From: a virus
Length of the DNA stretch: 64,000 bases
Strand: one strand, 5' to 3'
IMG/VR virus record: IMGVR_UViG_3300037504_000888
Location: 1-64,000 of that record
Shown: positions 8,522 to 17,021 of the stretch, piece by piece
Layout: each line of letters opens with the position of its first letter
Position numbering within the stretch: position 1 is the stretch's first letter
The notes under the pieces: generated by a model
The model's database searches: none
The model's input: the letters and a program-made list of their open reading frames with translations, nothing else
Told to the model about the DNA's origin: nothing
Position numbers and translations under genes: made by a program

Positions 8522-8888
8522 GGGCCTGACTGGTTTCGACGTGGAGGAATGGAAGTAGCTGCGAGCAGGCGGGGCTCACGCCGCCTTGACCCATGTGAGC
8601 AAACGGCAGTTGCCAACGACAACGCCAACCAGGCCGCGGCGTAAGACCCGCGACCCACCCCTAGCGAGGAGCTCGAGTAGCGACGGGGTGCCAGTACACG
8701 AGCTGAGCCTGCGCGGCGTGTCTCCGATGATGCAGGCGAGCTTACGGAGAGGCTGACTTCTCGGAAAGACGGGATGGTGGAGGCGGCACACCCCCAGTCG
8801 CCAATGACGCCGGGAAAGACCGGCTACGCTCGTGAACGAAGCTACTGACTGAACTCTGCGGACCGGAGTTCGATTCTCCGCAGGTCCA
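8522..8888 (+). ncRNA. ssrA: Transfer-messenger RNA (tmRNA)
   Basis: 5' GGGCCTGACTGGTTTCGAC; 3' T-arm CGGAG-TTCGATT-CTCCG then CAGGTCC-A-CC; G3-U70 alanine identity pair; tag ORF 8612-8644 ANDNANQAAA*. Confidence 0.96.
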
Positions 8889-8890
8889 CC

Positions 8891-9280
8891 TCTACTTTCT
8901 CAGCTCCCCCGTTGTCACATTCGGGGCAGGAAAAGTTGGACTGAGCATGCTGAGCTCTGCGAAGTCCCCTGGTCACGGGAGGTTGCAACGCCCGCGCGAC
9001 TCGGTGCGTGGTATCCGTGTCACCGTCCTTCTCGGTCTCTCGGATGCTCGAGCAGGCCCTGGGTGAAAACCGAGGGCACCACTCGAGTAGCCCGGTCTTC
9101 TGGGATGGGCGGAAGTCGCGTCTGAACGTCTCAGCCTCGGGCGGCAAGGCCCGGGGCGAGTAGGTAACCCTGAGAGAGGCTTGCCCCTCTTGATGGGAGC
9201 GAAGTTCGAGTCCTCGCCGTTCAGGCCGAAGCAGAGGCGGGGAACGTCCCGCCATCAAGGCCCTCGCCTCTGCTTCTACA
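8891..9280 (+). ncRNA. Candidate large structured RNA with a tRNA-like domain and two pseudoknots, family unassigned
   Basis: Nested helices, GAAA tetraloop, acceptor-like stem with TTCGAGT T-loop, kissing loops GGCAAG/CTTGCC, pairing CTTGATGG/CCATCAAG, 15-bp terminal hairpin. Confidence 0.65.
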
Positions 9281-9561
9281 TCCTCGGCGAGACCGACCAC
9301 AACGTCGGCCTCGACCAACTCCAGGCGTTCACGGACGCCTGGCTCGGGTACTACGGCCAGTCCGACGAAGAAGAAGTAGAGTCGGTGCGACGACACCTCC
9401 AGGACCTACTTGCCCGAGCCCACCGCGATGGCGGTGGCGAGATCGCTCCCCTAGAAGAAGAAGCTGGGGGAGATACTGCACCACCTGGGACTGATAGTAG
9501 TAGGACCACCCCTACTACCCGGACGGATGGTGACAGTGCCTTCGCCTCTGCTTCTACTTAG
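9193..9561 (+). CDS. Hypothetical protein whose start lies inside the structured RNA
   Basis: The part after about 9275 has typical codon usage and looks helical; in-frame starts are TTG 9181/9190 and ATG 9193. Confidence 0.4.
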   Translation: MGAKFESSPFRPKQRRGTSRHQGPRLCFYILGETDHNVGLDQLQAFTDAWLGYYGQSDEEEVESVRRHLQDLLARAHRDGGGEIAPLEEEAGGDTAPPGTDSSRTTPTTRTDGDSAFASAST

Positions 9562-9570
9562 CTCCAGATT

Positions 9571-10221
9571 TCAGGGGTTACTGGCTACACGGGCGTCGGT
9601 GGTGAAGACCTTGCGCATCTTAGCCTCGTAGAAGAGGGCTCGAGGCTTGGCGCCCTTCCAGGCGGGGTTGCGTGTGCCCGCGTAGCACATGAAGAGCTTC
9701 TTCGGTGCGGGCGAGTAGCAACGACTCAACTTGATGGCCGCTGCATGCGTGGCGTACCAGGTGGATGTGGCATCTGTGCCATCCATGACGTTCCAGTGCC
9801 TTCGGATGCCGCGATCGTACTGCATCTGGAAGATGGTGCGGGCAGCGAAGTAGCGACGAGTGATCTTTCCCGTCTTCGGGTTGCGTATGATGACTTCGTC
9901 GCACTCGCCTCGCGCCCAAACACCGGGCTCCTTCTGGTAGCCGGGGCGGCACTTGCCCTCATGGATGTGTTTGGCGAATCGGCTCTCCCAGAAGCCAGCT
10001 GTGACTAGGGCAATGGCTAGTGATTCACGAGAACCACGCCAGCGGGGCGTGCAGTCCTTTGTGTCGTACTTGCCTGAGCAGGTGAAGCGTGCGCTGACGT
10101 CAGCATTTGCTTCGGCGATTGTCGTCAACCGGTCTGTTCGCTCTTCGAGCGTCTCTTGGTCGGTGTAATAGGCAGGAAGAGAAAGAAGAAGGGCGAGGAT
10201 GGTTGCGATGAACTGTTCCAT
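9571..10221 (-). CDS. Secreted protein, putative lysozyme/transglycosylase-like hydrolase
   Basis: Signal peptide MEQFIATILALLLSLPA; WESRF motif and later FQMQ resemble lytic transglycosylase motifs. Confidence 0.5.
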   Translation of the reverse strand: MEQFIATILALLLSLPAYYTDQETLEERTDRLTTIAEANADVSARFTCSGKYDTKDCTPRWRGSRESLAIALVTAGFWESRFAKHIHEGKCRPGYQKEPGVWARGECDEVIIRNPKTGKITRRYFAARTIFQMQYDRGIRRHWNVMDGTDATSTWYATHAAAIKLSRCYSPAPKKLFMCYAGTRNPAWKGAKPRALFYEAKMRKVFTTDARVASNP

Positions 10222-10344
10222 GACGGCCTTGTAACATGAAGGTCGTCGGACCACGCAAGATCTACTTGTTGAACGGTGGTCCGACAGGTTGTACAACTGC
10301 TTCACCGCCCGAGAACAACGTACCGGGCGAGAAGGAGAGATAAG

Positions 10345-11094
10345 ATGAACCACGGGTACAAGTACGGTATCCCCTACGGGGGTCAAGGCGACGAAAGCCG
10401 ACTGCAGCGAGCCTTCGATGCACACCAGGCTCAACACGAGTTCCGCCCGGGAGAAGGTCCGGAAGCAGAGAGGTTGCTCGAGCCCACCGTTCTGTATCGC
10501 TTGACGCTCAGCAACGGTGTGCTGGTCGAGCTTCTTCACCGCCGGCTCAAAGGCACTGACGACTCCGGCACCCTCGGCCTTCGCCTCACTCCTGAGGGTG
10601 ATGAGACAGGGGAGGTGAACCTTGAAGGCCTGGATCTTGAAGCGTTTCTTCTCATCGTCGACAAGCTGAAACCGTCATACATACATCCTGCAGAGAGACG
10701 CATCCGTACCAAGTCGGTCAAGACGCTCAAGAAGCATGAGGACCTAGGTCGGTCGAACAAGGACCTAGGCAAGGCCATGGCCCACGCGTTCGTGAATGAG
10801 GTGAGCAAGCTCAAAACGCCAGCCGACGTGAACATGGTGCCCATCGCCAGCGAAGAGGAGCACATGTCGGAGTATAGTCTGCGCTCGTGCGTCGGGGTGT
10901 CGAAAGCCGTCACCATTGACGGTGAGCGTTGGGTTGTGGACAAGGTTGCAAACAAGCTGAAGCTCACGCGTTTCGATACTACTGCAGACGCGGACCCCGA
11001 GACTGTGGTGATCGACGAGAAGGCGCTGCTGGCTGACGAGCCACTCGTCAACGTGGTGCGCCGTCACATCGCCGAGGCACGAAAGGCGAGTTGA
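10345..11094 (+). CDS. Hypothetical protein
   Basis: AAGGAG RBS before MNHGYK. Confidence 0.7.
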   Translation: MNHGYKYGIPYGGQGDESRLQRAFDAHQAQHEFRPGEGPEAERLLEPTVLYRLTLSNGVLVELLHRRLKGTDDSGTLGLRLTPEGDETGEVNLEGLDLEAFLLIVDKLKPSYIHPAERRIRTKSVKTLKKHEDLGRSNKDLGKAMAHAFVNEVSKLKTPADVNMVPIASEEEHMSEYSLRSCVGVSKAVTIDGERWVVDKVANKLKLTRFDTTADADPETVVIDEKALLADEPLVNVVRRHIAEARKAS

Positions 11095-11134
11095 CGGAGC
11101 TTGACAGTGTGGGCGGATGGGCTCATCCTTCCCC

Positions 11135-11425
11135 TTGAGGTCCAGCCGCTTGTACGGCGGTGAGGGTAAGTTGCTGCAGAGCAGCCGCCTCAACCTCTTC
11201 TGCACGGGTCGTCGGCGCTCCCCTCCGCTGGCGGCCCGTAGCTTTTATGGGGCTAGGAAAAGACGGCGCGCTACAATGGAGCACGCCGCAACGAAGAAGA
11301 GACGCGTCAGGCCCAGGAGGGGCTCCCCACTTGCTGAACCGCCCAAGGGTTTCAGCGTCTTCACCTTGGTCGCCGCGTGGTGGGGAGCCACACCTGGGTG
11401 CGGCCTACTCTTCATCTTCGCCCAG
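11135..11425 (+). ncRNA. Candidate structured ncRNA, about 290 nt, family unassigned
   Basis: TTGACA-17-CATCCT promoter at 11101-11129; lies between convergent genes; several hairpins with G-U pairs and a long 3' rod. Confidence 0.55.
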
Positions 11426-11428
11426 CAC

Positions 11429-12589
11429 TTACAGGTTCTCTGCGGCGAGCTTGCCGAGGATGACGACCTCGCCGCGCTCGTCGCTGGCGATGTCTACTTG
11501 GGCAAGACGTAGGGTCCGCAATTCTTCGTTGTCCAAGAGCACCTTCACCTCCATCTTCTTGTACGGTTTGGAGTAGCCCAGGTGATTGGCGTTACTCAGG
11601 TCGACACCCAGAGCAGTTGCAGCGCGCTCGAGTGAGACCTTTGGGGCCGTGCCGAACATGGCCGATAGCCGCTTCTTGAGCTCCGGGGCGTGCTTTGAGT
11701 CGTACAGAGCGGCCTTGATGTCCGGGGGCGTCCAGCCCTCGGGCTTGAGCACCTTCCCGTCCTCTCGGTACGTTACCTTTCCATCGGGGCCTACCTTGGC
11801 CATGTTCGAGCGGTGAACCTCATCCCACAGGCGGTCGAGGGGCATGCCGAGCTCGAGGCCCATGCCTACGGTGACGACCATCAGGTCGGTGAGTGCGTCA
11901 GCGGTCTCGATGGCGTTGTAGTCGTAGTTGTCACGCCATTTGTCCAGCACCGTGTCGATGTTCCCTTTGGCGGCCTCCACGAGGTGCTGAGGACCGTTTC
12001 CGACGGCACCCTTGAGCAGCTCGAAGAACTCCTCAGCGACGAGACGAAGACGCAACATCAGTCGCTCTTGCATCTCTCGCTTGGAGCTGAGATTCACGTC
12101 GTCGTCGACCAGGTCGTTGATGTCGTCGGGCGGTACGGGCTCCTCCAGAACAGGGTGCCCGAACGCAAGATGAAGCTGCTCCATGTCCCGCATCAGATGT
12201 TCCATTCGTCGTTCTCCAGGCAGGGGTTCTCGAGATGCTCGATGTTGAACTCCTTCTTCCTTCCGTTCCAAGTACTTAAGTGAGTCACGAGCGTCGACTC
12301 GGTCGAGCAGCGACTGCAGGTCATTCAGCACGCTCGGTATCTCGTCGCGAACGCCGGCGTACTCCTCAATCAGCGCTTCGACGCCTGAACGCAACTTCTC
12401 GGCTTCCTTCCCAGCTTCGGGGTCGTTGTCCTGTACGTACTCGTCCGCCTGTTCGAGCGCGTTCGCGCACTCTTCCAACGTCAGAGCCTCTGCGATGTCC
12501 CCCGGTTCATGCTTGCCAGTAACCGGGTTTCGCTTGCTCATCTGCTCTGCCTCTGCTCGCCACTTGGCCACGAGTTCGTGTAATTTCAT
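11429..12589 (-). CDS. MazG-like / phosphoribosyl-ATP pyrophosphohydrolase family nucleotide pyrophosphatase
   Basis: RLRLVAEEFFEL, DALTDLMVV, WDEVHRSNMAK, REDGKVLKPEGW. Confidence 0.88.
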   Translation of the reverse strand: MKLHELVAKWRAEAEQMSKRNPVTGKHEPGDIAEALTLEECANALEQADEYVQDNDPEAGKEAEKLRSGVEALIEEYAGVRDEIPSVLNDLQSLLDRVDARDSLKYLERKEEGVQHRASREPLPGERRMEHLMRDMEQLHLAFGHPVLEEPVPPDDINDLVDDDVNLSSKREMQERLMLRLRLVAEEFFELLKGAVGNGPQHLVEAAKGNIDTVLDKWRDNYDYNAIETADALTDLMVVTVGMGLELGMPLDRLWDEVHRSNMAKVGPDGKVTYREDGKVLKPEGWTPPDIKAALYDSKHAPELKKRLSAMFGTAPKVSLERAATALGVDLSNANHLGYSKPYKKMEVKVLLDNEELRTLRLAQVDIASDERGEVVILGKLAAENL

Positions 12590-13101
12590 TCCTCTTCCTC
12601 TGGCTTCACGGGCACCTCTTTGGTGTCGATGCCGTTGTGCCAGTAGCAGTGCAAGTACTTGCGCGCCCAGGCGCCAAGTACGGCGTGCAGCGCTTCTTCA
12701 GCCTGCTTCTCGGTGTAGTCCTTGTTGACGCTGAAGATGGAGTCGTTGCTGGTGTTCGCACATTGGTCGATGACGTAGTCCTCCATGCGTTCGAGCACGT
12801 CTTCTAGGCCCAGTGCGTCACAGAGCGTAGCGTCCGGGAGAACTTCTTCAGCCTCCATGACGCCGAAGGTCTCCATCTCCTCACCGTAGGGCGGGTCCTC
12901 GGAGTATTCAGACCGACCCTCCACGATGGCCTCCTCCTCGGTGTCGAAGGGTCCGCCGGGCCATTCCTCCTCGTCCCGGGTCGGGGCGTAGAACCACTTC
13001 CTCGTATTCCCCGGACGCTCCGGGGGCGCGTCGTTGATGTAGTCTTGAGCCCTCAACGTCTTAGGGCTCAATTCCTCACTAGGTATGATTCGCGTCTTCA
13101 C
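12586..13101 (-). CDS. Acidic hypothetical protein
   Basis: GGPFDTEEEAI motif; ATGA coupling. Confidence 0.65.
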   Translation of the reverse strand: MKTRIIPSEELSPKTLRAQDYINDAPPERPGNTRKWFYAPTRDEEEWPGGPFDTEEEAIVEGRSEYSEDPPYGEEMETFGVMEAEEVLPDATLCDALGLEDVLERMEDYVIDQCANTSNDSIFSVNKDYTEKQAEEALHAVLGAWARKYLHCYWHNGIDTKEVPVKPEEEE

Positions 13102-13447
13102 GTCGTTTCTTCTCTTCGTTGTAGGCGTTATCGTACCGGTTCCATTTGTCCCCGGCCCAGAACAGGTACTTGTCCTCTGCGACACAGAGTGTGTTGACCG
13201 TCATGCTTTGCTCCCATTTGAGTGATCGTCGAGCCAAAGATAGCAGAAGACCAATGGGGGTGGGTCGTTCCACTAGCGACGCTAGTTGAAACGCTCTCTC
13301 GAGCCATACGGGGTCTTCAACTGGCTCTCTTCCGTGTCGAGCGGAAGAAGCGCTATGGGACGGCATGGGTCCAGTGGACCTATCTACGGCCTTTTCACGG
13401 AGCTCCTTGAGCTCCTCTTCCTCGCCCTTGGCGGTTCTACTACTCAC
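13079..13447 (-). CDS. Hypothetical protein
   Basis: Fills the operon between coupled genes. Confidence 0.45.
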   Translation of the reverse strand: MSSRTAKGEEEELKELREKAVDRSTGPMPSHSASSARHGREPVEDPVWLERAFQLASLVERPTPIGLLLSLARRSLKWEQSMTVNTLCVAEDKYLFWAGDKWNRYDNAYNEEKKRREDANHT

Positions 13448-13688
13448 TCTTCCTGGTCTGCTCATGCTTCTTGAAGCCACGGATGGTTGCGCTGGCATGC
13501 TTCTTCGATTCGTAATACTTGCCGAGAGCGTCCTTGCCGGCGCAGTGCGCCTGGGCGTAGCGGTTCCACCGCGCTCGAATTTTGTAGTCGTCGGTGCCGG
13601 GGAGGTTGGCGGACACAGCCGCCCACTCCACGTACCAGACGCTGTCCCTGAGCACAGGGTTTAGCTCGAACGTCTTGGTAATCTTCAT
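13440..13688 (-). CDS. Hypothetical protein
   Basis: ATGA-coupled start MKITKT. Confidence 0.6.
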   Translation of the reverse strand: MKITKTFELNPVLRDSVWYVEWAAVSANLPGTDDYKIRARWNRYAQAHCAGKDALGKYYESKKHASATIRGFKKHEQTRKSE

Positions 13689-13867
13689 AGTCCCCAATTG
13701 TGGTGTTCTTCGTGGTGCCTTCGATGATCTTCGCTGATAGGCTCGGGGCGCAGGTGTTTCTCCTTCGCCGTTCTTCGCCCCAGCATGAAGCCGAGGGTAT
13801 ACCCGGTGAGGCCCGAGGCGACTATGAGCAGAGCACCAACCATGTACAGCAGCACGGGGTCCTTCAT
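13685..13867 (-). CDS. Small membrane protein with His-rich tail
   Basis: One TM segment; ATGA overlaps at both ends. Confidence 0.6.
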   Translation of the reverse strand: MKDPVLLYMVGALLIVASGLTGYTLGFMLGRRTAKEKHLRPEPISEDHRRHHEEHHNWGL

Positions 13868-14367
13868 AGGGGGATGCGCTCCACGATCCTGAGCAGCGCG
13901 TTGGTGATCTTCTGCTCTCGGTTCTTGGTCTCGGTGACCGTCCGCAGCTCATCCATGTACTGGACTGCTCGACGCTTGGCTTCGCTGAGCTCCTTCTCAG
14001 CTTCCATAGCCCTCTGCTTCAGGTTCGTGTTCTCCTGGTGCTTTTCGTCCGCGAGCTGCTTCAGCTCAGCAGCGCGGTCGAATTGCACCATACACTTTTC
14101 GCGTAGTTGCTTCGCCGTCAGCTTCGAGATGCTCTGCTCGAAGTTCTTTCTGTACTCGTCCATTGCTACTCTCCATAGGTGTGCCGTGACGGACTTGTCT
14201 TCGATCGCCTTTAGCTCTGCCTTCACCTTCACTTCCAAGAGCTGGAAGACGTCCCTATTCGCCTGTTCCCTTAGTGCTCCGGTGTGCGGACCCCCAATAT
14301 AGCCACGGAGCCCCTCCCGCATCAGGTGCGCAACCATGTTGCGCACCTCCTGTTCAGTTATAGCCAT
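13864..14367 (-). CDS. Coiled-coil hypothetical protein
   Basis: Heptad-rich; coupled to neighbours. Confidence 0.65.
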   Translation of the reverse strand: MAITEQEVRNMVAHLMREGLRGYIGGPHTGALREQANRDVFQLLEVKVKAELKAIEDKSVTAHLWRVAMDEYRKNFEQSISKLTAKQLREKCMVQFDRAAELKQLADEKHQENTNLKQRAMEAEKELSEAKRRAVQYMDELRTVTETKNREQKITNALLRIVERIPL

Positions 14368-14588
14368 CCGCGTTGCTCCGCCAACCACTCAGTGATGCAG
14401 AGCTGACCCTCGTCGCCCACCGAGTAGACTTCGGAGTCGTCGGTGATCTGCTTCTTCGGCACCCAGCACTTGTCTGAATCCTCATGCGAGTCGTCGTCCT
14501 CGAACTCCTCGCATTCGCACTGCATCAGTAGGCTCTTGGCTGATTCAGCGATGCACTTCACTCTATCGATGTCATAGCCGGAGTCCAT
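14358..14588 (-). CDS. Hypothetical protein
   Basis: WVPKKQI...ITEWLAEQRG; AAGGAG RBS. Confidence 0.65.
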   Translation of the reverse strand: MDSGYDIDRVKCIAESAKSLLMQCECEEFEDDDSHEDSDKCWVPKKQITDDSEVYSVGDEGQLCITEWLAEQRGWL

Positions 14589-14812
14589 TGTAGGCTCTTG
14601 CTCCTTGTTTGGCAGGTGTGAATGGCCTTGTCGCAGGCGTCGATGATGTTGCGGCACTCATTCCAGAGCTCCTCGGGAGGCTGCTCGTCGCATGTCTCTG
14701 CGTTCTGTGTGAGCGTGAGTAGGTCACGGGCGGTATCAAGCAGCTGCTCGCCCCTCTCGATGTGACGCGCCAGGGCTCCAGTGATGGTGAGCAGGTCTTC
14801 GGCGTCGCTCAT
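14558..14812 (-). CDS. Hypothetical protein
   Basis: GGAGGAGG RBS. Confidence 0.6.
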   Translation of the reverse strand: MSDAEDLLTITGALARHIERGEQLLDTARDLLTLTQNAETCDEQPPEELWNECRNIIDACDKAIHTCQTRSKSLQWTPAMTSIE

Positions 14813-14849
14813 TCCTCCTCCAATCGACGCACCCGTTCGGGGGCGTTTC

Positions 14850-15062
14850 TTAGTTGTGTAAGCACTTGCTGCATGTGCATCCGAAGCGGGGGTCCTGGGG
14901 CATGAGCTTCTGCTTCAAGTGCAGGATGATGCTGCCGCATGCCGACATGTAGATGTGGCGACGTTCCCCACCATGGTGTGCCGTTCCCGTGTGCTTGAAC
15001 TTGTGGAAGAGGACCTTCCGGTACGGGTCCATCCCCGGTGGTCGTCGCGGTTGTGACCACAT
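14850..15062 (-). CDS. Small His/Cys-rich hypothetical protein
   Basis: H..ACG..CSKC pattern. Confidence 0.4.
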   Translation of the reverse strand: MWSQPRRPPGMDPYRKVLFHKFKHTGTAHHGGERRHIYMSACGSIILHLKQKLMPQDPRFGCTCSKCLHN

Positions 15063-15066
15063 GGCG

Positions 15067-15327
15067 TCACCCGTAGTTGGGCTTGAGGGACCCATGCAGA
15101 CCGAAGTCGGGACGGTCGCCGTTGGGGTCGAGAAGGACAACGCGCCCACAGGGGCAACCGTTGACGGATAACTTCGCCTTGCGCTCCTGCTTGGCGTGCT
15201 CCTCCTTCTCGTAGGGGCCGAAGTAGTGTAGGCCGTTGACGACGTACCAGCGCTTCTCACCGAAAGGCACCTTGGAGATGCCCTCGCGTCGCGTCTGTTC
15301 CTCAGTCTTCGTCTTATTCGGCGTCAT
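15067..15327 (-). CDS. Hypothetical protein
   Basis: GGAGGAGG RBS before MTPNKT. Confidence 0.55.
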   Translation of the reverse strand: MTPNKTKTEEQTRREGISKVPFGEKRWYVVNGLHYFGPYEKEEHAKQERKAKLSVNGCPCGRVVLLDPNGDRPDFGLHGSLKPNYG

Positions 15328-15445
15328 CTTCCTCCTCCTCGTACTTCTTGAGCTCTTGCTTGAGTCTACCCTCTTTCTTTCCAAGGGTTCCGTATAAAGA
15401 AAACACTGTCGGCGAGGATCTTGGCGGAATGGGTGTGAACGTAGC

Positions 15446-15688
15446 TCACTTCTTCTCTCCCTTTCCGAGCTCGAAGTACTCGCAGGCTCGGCAGAATCCG
15501 TTGAGGAAGCCCTGCGCTTCCTCAACGGAGGTGCAGTGCCCTAGCTTCACGCCTTCGGCGTATGCAGGCCAATGCTTATTGTCGGGTATGAAAACTATGA
15601 AGGAGCCGATGAACGACACCTTCAGATGAAGCGTTTCTGCCACGCGAGCCATTTCTTGGCACGCGTGGTATTGGACGATGGTTGTCAT
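15446..15688 (-). CDS. Hypothetical protein
   Basis: Operon context. Confidence 0.55.
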   Translation of the reverse strand: MTTIVQYHACQEMARVAETLHLKVSFIGSFIVFIPDNKHWPAYAEGVKLGHCTSVEEAQGFLNGFCRACEYFELGKGEKK

Positions 15689-15787
15689 GCGATCACAGAC
15701 CCATCTCCTCTAGGGTTTCGAGCAGCTCGTCGAGGTACGCCTCGTCCCCACTGGCCTCGGTCTTCTTGAAGGGGGTTTCCTTGATGC

Positions 15788-15976
15788 TCATGTGGTCAGC
15801 TCCTCCAGAAGGTTCAGCGCTCTCTGGGCCTCAGCGGTTTCTCGTATCTGACGTGTGCAGGCGTGGCACGGGCTGTCATCCGGATTCACGATGTCACACT
15901 CCTTCGTTCGGCCGTGGTGGTCGATGAACGCTTGCAGCGTTCGTATCGCCCGTCTCGCTTCTTCTTCTTGGCTCAT
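15788..15976 (-). CDS. Hypothetical protein
   Basis: ATGA overlaps; CHAC. Confidence 0.55.
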   Translation of the reverse strand: MSQEEEARRAIRTLQAFIDHHGRTKECDIVNPDDSPCHACTRQIRETAEAQRALNLLEELTT

Positions 15977-16251
15977 GGTCCTCGGTAGGAGCTAGGGGGT
16001 TCGCTCGGGGGAGTTGAATCGCGCTCCCGGCGGGGCACGCCGCTGCCACCACAGGTGGGGCAGCGGCTGCCATCGACGTGAGGGTTGCCGATGCCGGTGC
16101 CCCGGCAGTCGTAGCAGTCCTCCTCTTCCGCGATGGAGTCTTCGTACGCTTCCTCGTTCACCATGTGCTCCACACACTCAGGGCATACTCCTTCGGTGTT
16201 GAGCTCGTCGGTCGGTTCACAACAGTGGATGCAGATCTCTTCGTCGCTCAT
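15973..16251 (-). CDS. DnaJ-type CxxCxGxG zinc-finger protein
   Basis: CYDCRGTG and CPTCGGSG. Confidence 0.7.
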   Translation of the reverse strand: MSDEEICIHCCEPTDELNTEGVCPECVEHMVNEEAYEDSIAEEEDCYDCRGTGIGNPHVDGSRCPTCGGSGVPRRERDSTPPSEPPSSYRGP

Positions 16252-16511
16252 CGCTCTACCTTGAGCTGGCGAAGCCAGTCCCAGAATGTGTTGCCGCGGA
16301 AGCAGGCTTCCATCACCTTCTCGAAGAGAAAGTGTTCTGCATCCTTGGGGTAGGCGTTGTGCTCTGCGATGTAGTTAACGATGTACTTCGCGTAGGAGGT
16401 AACGTTGGTGAAGTCAGCATCGCCGACCACATGCGGTTTATTCGCTCGTAGAGTACGGCGACGTTCAAGCTCGTTTAGGAGCTCCTTGTCGCTGAGGTCG
16501 CGGATGTTCAT
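16248..16511 (-). CDS. Hypothetical protein
   Basis: AGGAG RBS; LSDKELLNELERR. Confidence 0.65.
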   Translation of the reverse strand: MNIRDLSDKELLNELERRRTLRANKPHVVGDADFTNVTSYAKYIVNYIAEHNAYPKDAEHFLFEKVMEACFRGNTFWDWLRQLKVER

Positions 16512-16724
16512 CTTTCTCCTCACTTCAGGAAGAACACGTCGATACGCTGCTTGCCTAGCAGCCACACCTCGACGTGTTTCATATCGTCTGAACCTTTCAG
16601 CCCACTCCGCCAGAACCAGTTGATCTCGGCGGCGGTGTAGACCAACACCAACCCGTGGTCATTGAGCACTTCACGAGCGTCACTCGTGCCCGGCGATCCT
16701 CGATCTTCTTCTTCTTGCGGTCGG

Positions 16725-17021
16725 TCAGCACCAAAAGTCCCGTTCCGGGTCGAAAGGTGGCGGCTCCGGAGGTTGCTCCTCCGGGTTCTCCACTACTTCG
16801 GGGGTGTAGCCCTCAGTCCCAAGGACGTCGGTGATCCAGGACAGCAGTTCTTCTGGGTACACCCCAGCGTCCTGCAGCGGCGGGTCCACGTAGTACACCA
16901 TGGGGCGCCCGTTCTTCTTTTCGTGGGCGTTCAGTGCGTGCATGGCCGTCCGCGCCTCACGCTCGTTGCGGGCCGTCTCCACGTAGCGTCGACGGCCGCT
17001 TTTCTTGATGAAGAACCTCAT
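16725..17021 (-). CDS. Hypothetical protein
   Basis: ATGA-coupled to the ligase. Confidence 0.55.
   Translation of the reverse strand: MRFFIKKSGRRRYVETARNEREARTAMHALNAHEKKNGRPMVYYVDPPLQDAGVYPEELLSWITDVLGTEGYTPEVVENPEEQPPEPPPFDPERDFWC

Noticed and set aside
9121-9227. Canonical tRNA or tRNA-Sec gene
   Set aside because: Acceptor-like stem and T-arm are present, but there is no normal D arm or 7-nt anticodon loop; reported as a tRNA-like RNA instead
8891-9280. RNase P RNA, SRP RNA or group II intron
   Set aside because: No P4 consensus pair, no SRP helix 8 motif and no domain V; GTGCG at 9004 alone is not enough
13200-13390. Hairpins suggesting an RNA element or insertion
   Set aside because: Stems are short and the minus-strand frame is open and protein-like
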